A stretch of DNA of 32,000 bases from Candidatus Fokinia solitaria (lineage in GTDB: Bacteria > Pseudomonadota > Alphaproteobacteria > Rickettsiales > Midichloriaceae). The translations under genes and the position numbers were made by a program. Positions 18,516-27,345 of the stretch are shown here, piece after piece (the first letter of the stretch is position 1; every line of letters begins with the position of its first letter). The notes under the pieces are model-generated. The model worked only from the letters and a program-made list of their open reading frames with translations, was not told the origin of the DNA and searched no databases. The stretch spans positions 300,001 through 332,000 of the forward strand of contig NZ_CP025989.1 of assembly GCF_003072485.1 (NCBI RefSeq), in the 5' to 3' direction.

Positions 18516-19151
18516 GCGTTTTTTTAGCGAGAGAACTTCTCTTATAAGGCGATGAAAGAAGCGGTAGTGCATCGAAGCCGCGATTACGCAGGAGTTGATA
18601 GAATTGGCTTCATCTAGGAGTGCGCTTAATTAAGCGTTTTTTTAGCGAGAAAACTCCTCTTATAAGGCGATGAAAGAAGCGGTAGTGCATCAAGCTGCGA
18701 TTACGCAGGAGTTGATAGAGCTTGCTTTATCTAGGAATGCGCTTAATTAAGCGTTTTTTTGACGAGAGAACTTCTCTTATAAGGCAGCGAAAGAAGCGGT
18801 AGTGCATCGAAGCTGCGATCACGCAGGAGTTGATAGAATTGGCTTCATCTAGGAGTGTGCTTAATTAAGCGTTTTTTTTAGCGAGAAAACTCCTCTTACA
18901 AGGCGATGAAAGAAGCGGTAGTGCATCGAAGCTGCGATTACGCAGGAGTTGATAGAGCTTGCTTCATCTAAGAGTGTGCTTAATTAAGCGTTTTTTTGAC
19001 GAGAAAACTCCTCTTATAAGGCAGCGAAAGAAGCGGTAGTGCATCAAGCTACGATTACGCAGGAGTTGATAGAGCTTGCTTCATCTAAGAGTGTGCTTAA
19101 TTAAGCGTTTTTTTGACGAGAGAACTTCTCTTATAAGGCGATGAAAGAAGC
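18457..19151 (+). repeat. Six tandem ~118-bp units that repeat the 3' end of atpG (last ~18 codons + stop), a palindrome + T-tract and a downstream spacer
   Basis: The core gcgatYacgcaggagttgatagaRYTtgcttcatctaRgagtgYgcttaattaagcgttttttt (or the gaattgg variant) starts at 18462, 18580, 18697, 18815, 18934 and 19051. Periods are 118, 117, 118, 119 and 117. The first unit lies inside atpG. Confidence 0.97.
18506..18525 (+). terminator. Terminator-like palindrome + T-tract overlapping the atpG stop codon, repeated in every downstream unit
   Basis: GCTTAATTAAGC (18506-18517) followed by G and TTTTTTT. Several later units have the longer CGCTTAATTAAGCG. Confidence 0.5.
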
Positions 19152-19283
19152 AACGTAGCTATAAGAAACATAGTTGTGATGCCAAAAGATTCGATAAAGA
19201 TTTTCACTCGTAGTCTACCTTTCATTTTGAGTAAGCTGTTTCATTCTCTAAGTTTTCAAAATGCATACTTTTTCAAGAAGCAT

Positions 19284-19359
19284 AGCGATATATCACTTCT
19301 TTTCATATCGCTACTGGCGCTTTTAGATATCAATGATCTCAATCATTTTATGTGATATC
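19284..19359. repeat. Two closely spaced inverted repeats (hairpin cluster) between the atpG array and the barrel-protein gene
   Basis: AGCGATAT (19284-19291) / ATATCGCT (19305-19312), then GATATCA-ATGAT-ctca-ATCAT-tttatg-TGATATC (19326-19359). Confidence 0.6.
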
Positions 19360-19560
19360 TGCTTCTTGTCTCTCCTCTATCTACTACTGCCTTCTAGTGG
19401 CTTTTTTTATTCACAAGCTTAGACATAGATGCATTATACATTTCAGATCATGTATTTACTCGAAGGGTATAGCTTGCATAAGTGCTGCACTATCAGTACA
19501 GCAAGTTGTAGCTTACAATCGTGAAAAGTACTGTGAACGAATGCGTTTTTCATACGAACG

Positions 19561-21378
19561 TTATCCTTTCAGCTTTAATCCTACTGCAACAGCCCATCCT
19601 GAATCTCCAGTAATACCATTTTGCAGAGTAGGATTCTTTTGTTTTGACGATAAGCTAAAATGATCACATGATAAATAGCAGCTAACAATTGGTAAGAGCT
19701 TTCTGTCATACGCAAAAGAAACAAACTGACTTTTGTTGCCATCTTCAAAGTTTTCCTTCGGCATACCAGTTAATACTTGGTACATTTGCTGTTGTCTTAA
19801 TCCATTTGCATTACCGTAAAGGTATGTGATGCTTACTCCGTTTTTATTGCCCGTATAAGAAGCACCAGCTGAAATGTAATAACCTGTAGTTGGTGAGATT
19901 GAAATCGCATTATTAGATATCACTTTTCCGTTTATTTTAGCAGCGGCAAAATTACCTGTAGAGCCATAATCACCGTATCCTAGCGCTAATGCGTACTTCT
20001 TTTTATACGTAAGTAATCCTCCAATTGCTATTGCATTACCTCCATTTCTCTCCAATTCTAAATCTTTGATTATGGTCTCACCTTCCTTTATATCGAATTT
20101 TATATCTTCGACTGTAACATTACCTTTCTGTAATTTTCTGACGTTACCTTCCTCATCTTCCTTTGGTTGCATTGTGATAGTATCCTTATCTTTCTTTAAT
20201 CCTAAATCTTCTCTTATAATTTTCATTTTTTCTACACTGCATATAGTGTTGAATTTGCGACAAAATTCTCCAACTAAAGAGACTTCGAATTCGAGATCTG
20301 CATTAATTCGTCCTGCGATTTTGCCACCGTATCCGATAACGTTTTGAAAGCCGTTCAAACTACCATCCGGTATAGATGTTATGCTTGAAAGAGTTCCTTT
20401 TACCTGCGTATCAGGAGTGAAAGAAGCGCCTATAGTTGTAGAAATATCTGAAAATTCAAATATTTTTGTCACAGAGATTTTATTCGCCTTTGGTGCTATA
20501 TTAGCTGGACCAGGAAGAGACGGAGAATCAACGAACGGCTGTAAGGTGAATAATGCTGTTATTGGTTTAGTGCTATCATATATACTACCATTTTTGTATT
20601 GTTGATTATACGGTGCTACAGCGGGGTACTGAATATAAAACGGCAGATCTCCACTCAGTCCCATTCCACCTTTTGCTAAGTTATTGGCAGATAATAGCAA
20701 CTCATTTTGCACACCTACTGTACTTCCAGCTTTTACTTTTATCTTATGTTCTACTGATTCACAGTACACGCATGCTTCTCCTGCAGTCATAACACCACCG
20801 CCAGATGTAGGTCTTGATACGTTTGCATATAGCGAGAGATTACCGCCGTACTTTAACCCCTGATGCAAAACGCTTACGTCAACGACTACGTTATTGAAGT
20901 TTACCAAACCGCTAAAATCGCCCCATCTTGATGGATTGCCAGGACTCATTAAATTGTAAGGGTATACTTTCTTTTTGAAAAAGTCGCTTTTATCGGTAGT
21001 ATCATACTCTTCTAGTAATGCATCGGCACTCTTAAAGATACCATCATTCATTACAGCGCCGTACTGCACGTTGAGAACAGGCTTAACAAGGATTTTTACC
21101 TCTTCTTTTCCTACTGTAATTTGTTGCGAGAGAGAGCCAGCTTTATCTTGAATAGACGTAGTATTAGATGAGTTATTCAAGTTAAGCATCTCATTGGAGA
21201 TAAGTGCTTGTCCATTGCCATATTGCGGCTTTTCTGCTTTTGTGATCTCAATAACCTCGGTCGTTGTCTGTGGTTTATTCACTGAAGGATTGCTGTTTGT
21301 ACCTGCGGCACTACTTAGTGTCGTGTAGAAGGATCCGCAAATAGCCACTGTTGCGAATCTAAAAAAGCCTTTTCTCAT
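19561..21378 (-). CDS. Candidate outer-membrane beta-barrel (porin-like) protein
   Basis: 605 aa with a Sec signal peptide (MRKGFFRFATVAICGSFYTTLSSAAG). The C-terminal region is rich in alternating Gly/aromatic amphipathic strands ('YALALGYGDYGS', 'YYISAGASYTGNKNGVSITYLYGNAN', 'KSQFVSFAYDRKLL'). No family assigned by motif. Confidence 0.55.
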   Translation of the reverse strand: MRKGFFRFATVAICGSFYTTLSSAAGTNSNPSVNKPQTTTEVIEITKAEKPQYGNGQALISNEMLNLNNSSNTTSIQDKAGSLSQQITVGKEEVKILVKPVLNVQYGAVMNDGIFKSADALLEEYDTTDKSDFFKKKVYPYNLMSPGNPSRWGDFSGLVNFNNVVVDVSVLHQGLKYGGNLSLYANVSRPTSGGGVMTAGEACVYCESVEHKIKVKAGSTVGVQNELLLSANNLAKGGMGLSGDLPFYIQYPAVAPYNQQYKNGSIYDSTKPITALFTLQPFVDSPSLPGPANIAPKANKISVTKIFEFSDISTTIGASFTPDTQVKGTLSSITSIPDGSLNGFQNVIGYGGKIAGRINADLEFEVSLVGEFCRKFNTICSVEKMKIIREDLGLKKDKDTITMQPKEDEEGNVRKLQKGNVTVEDIKFDIKEGETIIKDLELERNGGNAIAIGGLLTYKKKYALALGYGDYGSTGNFAAAKINGKVISNNAISISPTTGYYISAGASYTGNKNGVSITYLYGNANGLRQQQMYQVLTGMPKENFEDGNKSQFVSFAYDRKLLPIVSCYLSCDHFSLSSKQKNPTLQNGITGDSGWAVAVGLKLKG

Positions 21379-21463
21379 TGCAAAAATACATTTATGCGAC
21401 TATTTATTCGCAATGCGAAATGAATGTCAATACTTTTCTTACAAAGTGTACATTAGATAACAT

Positions 21464-21958
21464 TCAATCTATTTCTGAGATGCAACATAAAGCGATTGCT
21501 ATAGCATCACTCTGATCCATCACAATTTTCGGAGAAATTTCCTCTATTTTGATGTCGAGATGTAAGCAAATATATTGCATGATCGTTTCTTTATCTGCAT
21601 TACCATTTCCAGAAATACGTTTCTTAATCGTTTTAGCTTGGTATTCTTTTATGCTGATATCATGCTCGCGACATGCAAGCATTGCGGCAGTTCTAGTTTG
21701 TGCCAATCTTATAGAAGTTTTTGCATTCTTGTTTACATACGTATTTTCTATTGCTGCAAAATCTATTGAGAAATATTTTATAACTTCCTTGAGTTGAGCG
21801 AATATATGATATAATCTCTCTGCATCATCTTGGTAGTTGGTACTCTGTATGATGCCGGATGCAGCATGGTGGATGTTGCGATTTTGTTTGTCTTTTACGA
21901 GGATAGCCCATCCGGTAGTACGTAACCCTGGATCTATCCCAATAACGTGATATGTCAT
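21464..21958 (-). CDS. ruvC: Crossover junction endodeoxyribonuclease RuvC
   Basis: 'VIGIDPGLRTTGWAIL', 'AIENTYVNKNAKTSIRLAQTR', 'SDAIAIALC'. The start is placed at Met 21958 (MTYHVIGIDPG); the 50-aa N-terminal extension to 22108 is antisense to rlmB and atypical. Confidence 0.93.
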   Translation of the reverse strand: MTYHVIGIDPGLRTTGWAILVKDKQNRNIHHAASGIIQSTNYQDDAERLYHIFAQLKEVIKYFSIDFAAIENTYVNKNAKTSIRLAQTRTAAMLACREHDISIKEYQAKTIKKRISGNGNADKETIMQYICLHLDIKIEEISPKIVMDQSDAIAIALCCISEID

Positions 21959-22769
21959 GATGAAGAAAAGAAGTAAGCGTAGTGCATACTGGATATATGG
22001 TAAGCATCCGGTAGTTGCTGCAATGCGTAATCCTGAACGTGAGAAGAAAATGCTTGTTATGACTGAATATGCAACGAGATTTTTACACGAAAGCGGTATT
22101 ACCTTCAATAATATACCGCATACTATAGTAGAGACAGTACAGGAATTTCGTGCTGCTACTGGTATGAGTGGTGATGTAGTGCATCAAGGGATTGCATTAC
22201 GCTCTGTGCCACTTAAGCAGATGTGTTTGGAGGAATTTTTAGAAATGAAGCTAAAAGAAGGTAGTGCGTTTTCTGTAGTGCTACTGGATAAAGTCACAGA
22301 TCCTCACAATATTGGTGCTATCATCAGATCATGTGCTGCTTTTGGTATTTGTGCAGTAGTGACTACAAGAATCGATTCTCCTGATGAAATGCCGATAATG
22401 TTGAAAGTTTCATGCGGTGGATTTGAGCAAGTATCCTACATTAAAGTGACGAATTTAGTGCAGGCTATTAATACTTTGAAAATGTTTAACTTTATTATCA
22501 TTGGATTAAGTGCTAACGGAGAAAAAGAAATCAGTGCTGTATACAATGAAATTCCTGGAGTGATAGAGAACGTAGCTTTAGTATTTGGAAATGAAGAAAT
22601 AGGGATGAGAGTATCTACCGAAAAAAGTTGCAACTTCATAGCTAAAATAGGTATGAATGAAGGCAGTGATATGCCAAGCCTTAATGTGTCAAATGCTGGC
22701 GCTGTTGTGCTATACACATTATCACTGCATAGACATACAGCGAAGCACAATGTGATGGAGTGTAAATAG
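21957..22769 (+). CDS. rlmB: SpoU-family rRNA (guanosine-2'-O-)-methyltransferase (RlmB/TrmH type)
   Basis: 'WIYGKHPVVAAMRNPER', 'VVLLDKVTDPHNIGAIIRSCAAFGICAVV', 'NVALVFGNEEIGMR', 'IAKIGMNEGSDMPSLNVSNAGAVVLY'. Confidence 0.93.
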   Translation: MMKKRSKRSAYWIYGKHPVVAAMRNPEREKKMLVMTEYATRFLHESGITFNNIPHTIVETVQEFRAATGMSGDVVHQGIALRSVPLKQMCLEEFLEMKLKEGSAFSVVLLDKVTDPHNIGAIIRSCAAFGICAVVTTRIDSPDEMPIMLKVSCGGFEQVSYIKVTNLVQAINTLKMFNFIIIGLSANGEKEISAVYNEIPGVIENVALVFGNEEIGMRVSTEKSCNFIAKIGMNEGSDMPSLNVSNAGAVVLYTLSLHRHTAKHNVMECK

Positions 22770-22817
22770 CGTTTCTTTAGCGATAGTGCATTATGTTATT
22801 CAAAAGTAACATATCAT

Positions 22818-23447
22818 CTACTTACTCATAGCATTGATATAATCGTGAATAACATTAAGATTTCTAGATCTTTTGCATTTTTCAACGCTTAATATGTTCT
22901 TTACGGTATGTAGCGTCGTCTCCATATCATAGTTGAAGATTACATAATCATATTGATCATGATGAGAAATTTCTTCTTGAAACGCTTTGAATCTTGTAGC
23001 TATTTCAGTAGCAGTGCCACCTCTCTTAGAGAGTCTATCCAACACTTCTTCTTTACTTGGAGGTAATAAAAATACTCCAAATACGTTGTTTGGAAGAAGT
23101 GATTTTAACGCGATATAACCTTGTACATCAACATCAGATATTATATCTCTACCATTCATTATTTGCTCTTCTATCTGTACTTTTGAAGTGCCGTATAGAT
23201 TACCAAATACTTCAGCGCATTCTAGCAATTCTCCCTTATCTCTCAATTGTTCCATATACTCTCTCGTAACGAAATGATAACTCTCTCCATCAATTTCGTT
23301 TACTCTCTTGTTTCTTGTAGTAAATGATATAGAGAATCTCAAGTTATCTACTAACTTAGCTAACATTGTAGATATCGTAGTTTTTCCTGTGCCAGAAGGG
23401 CCTGAAACCACCATTACGACTCCAGTTTTTTTATTTTGCTCTTTCAT
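22818..23447 (-). CDS. gmk: Guanylate kinase
   Basis: 'VVMVVSGPSGTGKTTISTML', 'SISFTTRNKRVNEIDGESYHFVT', 'LLECAEVFGNLYGTSKVQIEEQI', 'DVDVQGYIALKS'. Confidence 0.97.
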   Translation of the reverse strand: MKEQNKKTGVVMVVSGPSGTGKTTISTMLAKLVDNLRFSISFTTRNKRVNEIDGESYHFVTREYMEQLRDKGELLECAEVFGNLYGTSKVQIEEQIMNGRDIISDVDVQGYIALKSLLPNNVFGVFLLPPSKEEVLDRLSKRGGTATEIATRFKAFQEEISHHDQYDYVIFNYDMETTLHTVKNILSVEKCKRSRNLNVIHDYINAMSK

Positions 23448-24825
23448 GCTTTTTACTGCTTAGAATATCAACTAATGCGTTTACTATATAACCTATTTTA
23501 ATCATATCTCTCCCCTCTACCATTATTCTTACTACATTTTCTGTTCCGGAGCTACGTACGATTATCCTATAATCTTTATTTTGTGCTATAGTTTCTTGTA
23601 CTGCTTGCCATACATCTTGAGTATTGAGAGGATTGACATCTTCATGGTACTCAAAATTAAAAGTAGACTGTGGATAAAGTGGAAATTTGACAAGCATTTC
23701 ACTTGTAATTGCTTTTTGCTCTTGCATAGCGGAGAGGATGTACATTGATGCCGCCATTGCATCACTGCTTTGAGAAGAATTTTTAATCATTATATGCCCT
23801 GAAATCTCTCCTCCTACAAAAGCTTGATTTTCTACCATAGCTCTCATAACAGGAGTATCTCCAACGTCTGAGTATATGATATTAAAATTTCGAGACTTCA
23901 TATAATCACTGAAAGCGGCGTTACATAATTTAGTGATTACTACATTACGTGGAATAGAAGGAATAGAGTCCTTATATACGTAATCTGCTATGCATGCTAT
24001 CAGATATTCTCCGGATATAATGTTACCATTTTCATCACATACAGCTAATCGATCTCCATCTCCATCGAATGCAAAGCCTATATCAGCACCTACGTTCTTT
24101 ACCGTTTCTTGCAATGATGTTGTGTATAATGCGCCACAGCCTTTGTTGATGTTCAATCCGTTTGGCTCAACTCCTATTGCAATTACTTCAGCACCGAGTT
24201 CTTTAAATACAGTAGGCGCAACTTTATATGTCGCACCATTTGCGCAATCTACTACAATTTTTCTTCCGTCCAAAGTTAATTGCTTGGAAAAGACGTTTTT
24301 TACATGTTCTATGTATCGTCCATGTACATCTTCTATCCTTGAGACTTTTCCTATGTTATGCGAGGTAGCAAGATTGCTAAGCATAACATCTTCATCAATT
24401 ACAATGCTTTTCAATATTTCTTGTACTTCACGATAAATTTTTGCGCCATTTCTATCGAAGATTTTTACACCATTATCATCGTAATTGTTATGAGATGCCG
24501 TTATCATGATCCCTGCATCACATCTCATGGAGCGTACGAGGTATGAGATTGCTGGAGTAGGTATAGGACCAACAAGCTTTACATGTACTCCTACTGAAGC
24601 GAAGCCCGCTGTGATAGCACTTTCCAGCATATAGCATGAAAGGCGTGTATCCTTTCCTATGATGACTTTGTGAATGTGCTGACGTGGCACTTTCTCATAC
24701 TGCTTTAAGTATATTCCTATAGCTTGTCCAAGTCTCAAAGCTACGTCTGAGTTCATTACTTTGCCATTAGCAAATCCTCTAATACCATCAGTGCCAAAAC
24801 TGAAATTTTGAGAAAAAGGATGCAT
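23431..24825 (-). CDS. glmM: Phosphoglucosamine mutase
   Basis: 'FGTDGIRGFANG', 'VIIGKDTRLSCYMLESAITAGFASVGVHVKLVGPIPTPAISYL', 'GIMITASHNNYDDNGVKIFDRNGAKI', 'GFAFDGDGDRLAVCDENG', 'VGGEISGHIM', 'VRSSGTENVVRIMVEG'. Overlaps gmk by 17 bp. Confidence 0.95.
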   Translation of the reverse strand: MHPFSQNFSFGTDGIRGFANGKVMNSDVALRLGQAIGIYLKQYEKVPRQHIHKVIIGKDTRLSCYMLESAITAGFASVGVHVKLVGPIPTPAISYLVRSMRCDAGIMITASHNNYDDNGVKIFDRNGAKIYREVQEILKSIVIDEDVMLSNLATSHNIGKVSRIEDVHGRYIEHVKNVFSKQLTLDGRKIVVDCANGATYKVAPTVFKELGAEVIAIGVEPNGLNINKGCGALYTTSLQETVKNVGADIGFAFDGDGDRLAVCDENGNIISGEYLIACIADYVYKDSIPSIPRNVVITKLCNAAFSDYMKSRNFNIIYSDVGDTPVMRAMVENQAFVGGEISGHIMIKNSSQSSDAMAASMYILSAMQEQKAITSEMLVKFPLYPQSTFNFEYHEDVNPLNTQDVWQAVQETIAQNKDYRIIVRSSGTENVVRIMVEGRDMIKIGYIVNALVDILSSKKHERAK

Positions 24826-24892
24826 AAGCGAATGTGATGATAATGATAAAAGATACTATAAATTAGTGAAGAGTAAAAGAATCAGCATGCAT

Positions 24893-26389
24893 TTATAATT
24901 CATATTTCTGCATAAACTTATCCAACAATAGAACACCGAATCCTGTTCCGCCACTTGTTGCGAAATGAGATGGATGCTTAGACATGGACACTCCTGCAAT
25001 GTCTATGTGTGCCCAACTGTAGCTTTTATTTTTAATAAATCTATATAAAAATTGAGCAGCTGTCGTGCTACCTGCGCCTCTACCGCTTCCTACATTCTTT
25101 ATGTCTGCTATTGTAGAATTAATTTGTGCATCATATTCGCTTGCAATAGGGAGTTGCCATAGCAATTCTCCGCTATCATATCCTGCGGTAATGAGATTTT
25201 TAGCTAATGTATCGCTATTGCAGAACAGGCCAGCATATACATCGCCAAGTGCAATTGTTATAGCGCCTGTTAAAGTTGCTAAATCGATAATTTTCGTTAC
25301 ATTATGATATTTTTCTTGGAGATACCATAGCGCGTCAGCCAGTATCAATCTGCCTTCTGCATCTGTATTATCGATTTCGATAGTTTGTTCGGACATCGAT
25401 GATACTACATCGCCTGGTCTTTGTGCTGTTCCGGAAGGCATATTTTCCACAAGTGGTATGACGGCAACTACGTTAATATTGGCATTTCGTTTTGCGATGG
25501 CATACATAGTGCCTGCTACAGTTGCGGCACCTCCCATATCACCTTTCATATCGCCCATATTCTGAGAGGGCTTTATACTAATCCCTCCGCTATCAAAAGT
25601 TACACCTTTTCCTACTAGACCAACATGTTCATTACCGCCGCCTTTCCACTCCATTACAAGCAATTGCGGCTCTCTACTGCTGCCTTGTGCGACACCTAGT
25701 AGTGCATTCATTTTTAGTGCTTGCATTTCATTTCGTTTTAAAACTTTAATCGTCAATTTATCGATAGAAGAACATTTTTTCTGAATTACGCTGACGAATT
25801 CTTCTGGAGAAAGCGTATTTGCTGGCTCATTTACTAGATCGCGTGCCAAGAATACTCCATCTATTAGATAGCTATAGTGCGTATCGAAACGTTTTTGTAT
25901 TGCGGCATGAAAGTTTGAATGTACTTCGCACTTTGTAAATGAATTGGTATGCTCTTGAAGTTTGCTTATGAAATATTTTGAGAAGGAGTAATTTCTTAAC
26001 TGCATGCCAAGTACTATAGACGCGATATCATCTTCTTTGATGAAATTAGGTATATAAAGAGCAGCTTTTTCTTCTTTCAGTGCATTGATACAATCTGTAA
26101 TCGTAGCACCGATCTGAGAATAAAAACAAAATTCTGATGATCTCGCAGCATCTTTTATGTTGTTGTTAATACCTATCAATAGTACTTTCTTACCATCGAT
26201 AATGGAGAAAAAAGATTGTTTAATATTACCTGAAAAATGCTTTATCGTTTTTGCATTAGTAGAGATTTTTGATAATAAATTACTGTCAATATCGGAATAA
26301 CTTTGGAGTGATATTGTGCTGTCCACAAGAAACACATTCACATTGTCATCTGATAAAGATGATGTATAAGAAGAGAATTGAATTTTCAT
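24893..26389 (-). CDS. pepA: Leucyl aminopeptidase (M17)
   Basis: 'VGLVGKGVTFDSGGISIKPSQNMGDMKGDMGGAATVAGTM', 'NTDAEGRLILADALWYL', 'IDLATLTGAITIALG'. Confidence 0.97.
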   Translation of the reverse strand: MKIQFSSYTSSLSDDNVNVFLVDSTISLQSYSDIDSNLLSKISTNAKTIKHFSGNIKQSFFSIIDGKKVLLIGINNNIKDAARSSEFCFYSQIGATITDCINALKEEKAALYIPNFIKEDDIASIVLGMQLRNYSFSKYFISKLQEHTNSFTKCEVHSNFHAAIQKRFDTHYSYLIDGVFLARDLVNEPANTLSPEEFVSVIQKKCSSIDKLTIKVLKRNEMQALKMNALLGVAQGSSREPQLLVMEWKGGGNEHVGLVGKGVTFDSGGISIKPSQNMGDMKGDMGGAATVAGTMYAIAKRNANINVVAVIPLVENMPSGTAQRPGDVVSSMSEQTIEIDNTDAEGRLILADALWYLQEKYHNVTKIIDLATLTGAITIALGDVYAGLFCNSDTLAKNLITAGYDSGELLWQLPIASEYDAQINSTIADIKNVGSGRGAGSTTAAQFLYRFIKNKSYSWAHIDIAGVSMSKHPSHFATSGGTGFGVLLLDKFMQKYEL

Positions 26390-26487
26390 TACACGAGAAA
26401 ACGAAGCTTTGATAAGCGTAGTCTAGAATGTAATCAATACTGTTGCAAGATCAAGCTTTTTAGCTAAGGTATGCGTTAAATAAAAAC

Positions 26488-27345
26488 TTATTTCTTCAGA
26501 TCAATTTCTAATTCTTTTGCAAGCTCTAGTATTTCGAGCTTCGCTGCAATAGCAGAAGTAGAAAGTCTAGACTTTACCAATGGTACATCAGAGTCCAATA
26601 CGCATAATCCCATGTTGAAAAGCTCTTTGAAGATGTTTCTATTGCCAAAGCCTGAAATATTCTTAAATCCTAGTTTCTTGGAGAGTTGATACAGTATCAT
26701 TTCCGTATTCTTACTATTGATCGTATCTGCATTACCAACTCTATTACGCATCACATACCACCGAGAAGGATATCCACATTTTGCAGTTTTGCGTATTTTT
26801 TGCTCAAAAAGCATTACTGCATAAGGGCCAGGAGATACAGATTCATATGAATCTCCTATTTTAGACAGAAGCTCTATATCTATTATACTATCGTTAATAG
26901 GAGTTACTACTATGTCAGCAAGCGCGTGTGCCGCTCTGCTAAGCGAAACACTACCTCCTGGTGAATCTATTACCACGTAATCATAATCTTCATGTTCTTT
27001 CACCATATATTTTTCCAAGCATTCTTCAAGTTCTTCTCCATTTCCATTTTGATGTATTGCTATCTTCATGATGTCTTCACCTTCTGCTATCTCCGCATCT
27101 TTTCTGTACTTATCGAAAGACTTATCTATGAAACATATGTGCTTCGGTATCAGAATATTCAGACCAAGCTTATTTTTTTGCATTGTTCTGTTTTCTATGT
27201 AACCAGTGAAAGATTGCTGATAGCTATCTAAGTCGACGCTAACTACCTTAAATCCAACGCTGCAGAGTAAGATAGAAAGATGTATGGCTGCCGTCGTTTT
27301 TCCTGCACCGCCTTTTTCATTTCCAAATAGTATTATGCGAGGCAC
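26488..27345 (-). CDS. mipZ: MipZ-type division-plane positioning ATPase (ParA/MinD superfamily)
   Basis: 'IILFGNEKGGAGKTTAAIHLSILL' deviant Walker A, 'VSVDLDSYQQSFTGYIENR', 'YVVIDSPGG', 'WYVMRNRVGN', 'LGFKNISGFGNRNIFKELFNMGLCVLD' (MipZ-specific). GTG start. Confidence 0.9.
   Translation of the reverse strand: MPRIILFGNEKGGAGKTTAAIHLSILLCSVGFKVVSVDLDSYQQSFTGYIENRTMQKNKLGLNILIPKHICFIDKSFDKYRKDAEIAEGEDIMKIAIHQNGNGEELEECLEKYMVKEHEDYDYVVIDSPGGSVSLSRAAHALADIVVTPINDSIIDIELLSKIGDSYESVSPGPYAVMLFEQKIRKTAKCGYPSRWYVMRNRVGNADTINSKNTEMILYQLSKKLGFKNISGFGNRNIFKELFNMGLCVLDSDVPLVKSRLSTSAIAAKLEILELAKELEIDLKK

Noticed and set aside
18457-19151. 118-bp repeats as CRISPR, rRNA/tRNA copies or a transposon
   Set aside because: The entire period is conserved (no variable spacers), there is no tRNA/rRNA-like sequence and no transposase ORF, and the first unit is the authentic atpG 3' end.
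19352-19663. 103-aa + strand ORF downstream of the atpG array
   Set aside because: It overlaps hairpin sequence and the 3' end of the opposite-strand barrel gene. No motifs.
21959-22108. 50-aa N-terminal extension of RuvC in the ORF track
   Set aside because: RuvC normally starts just before VIGIDPG. The extension is antisense to rlmB and is better explained as read-back to an upstream start.
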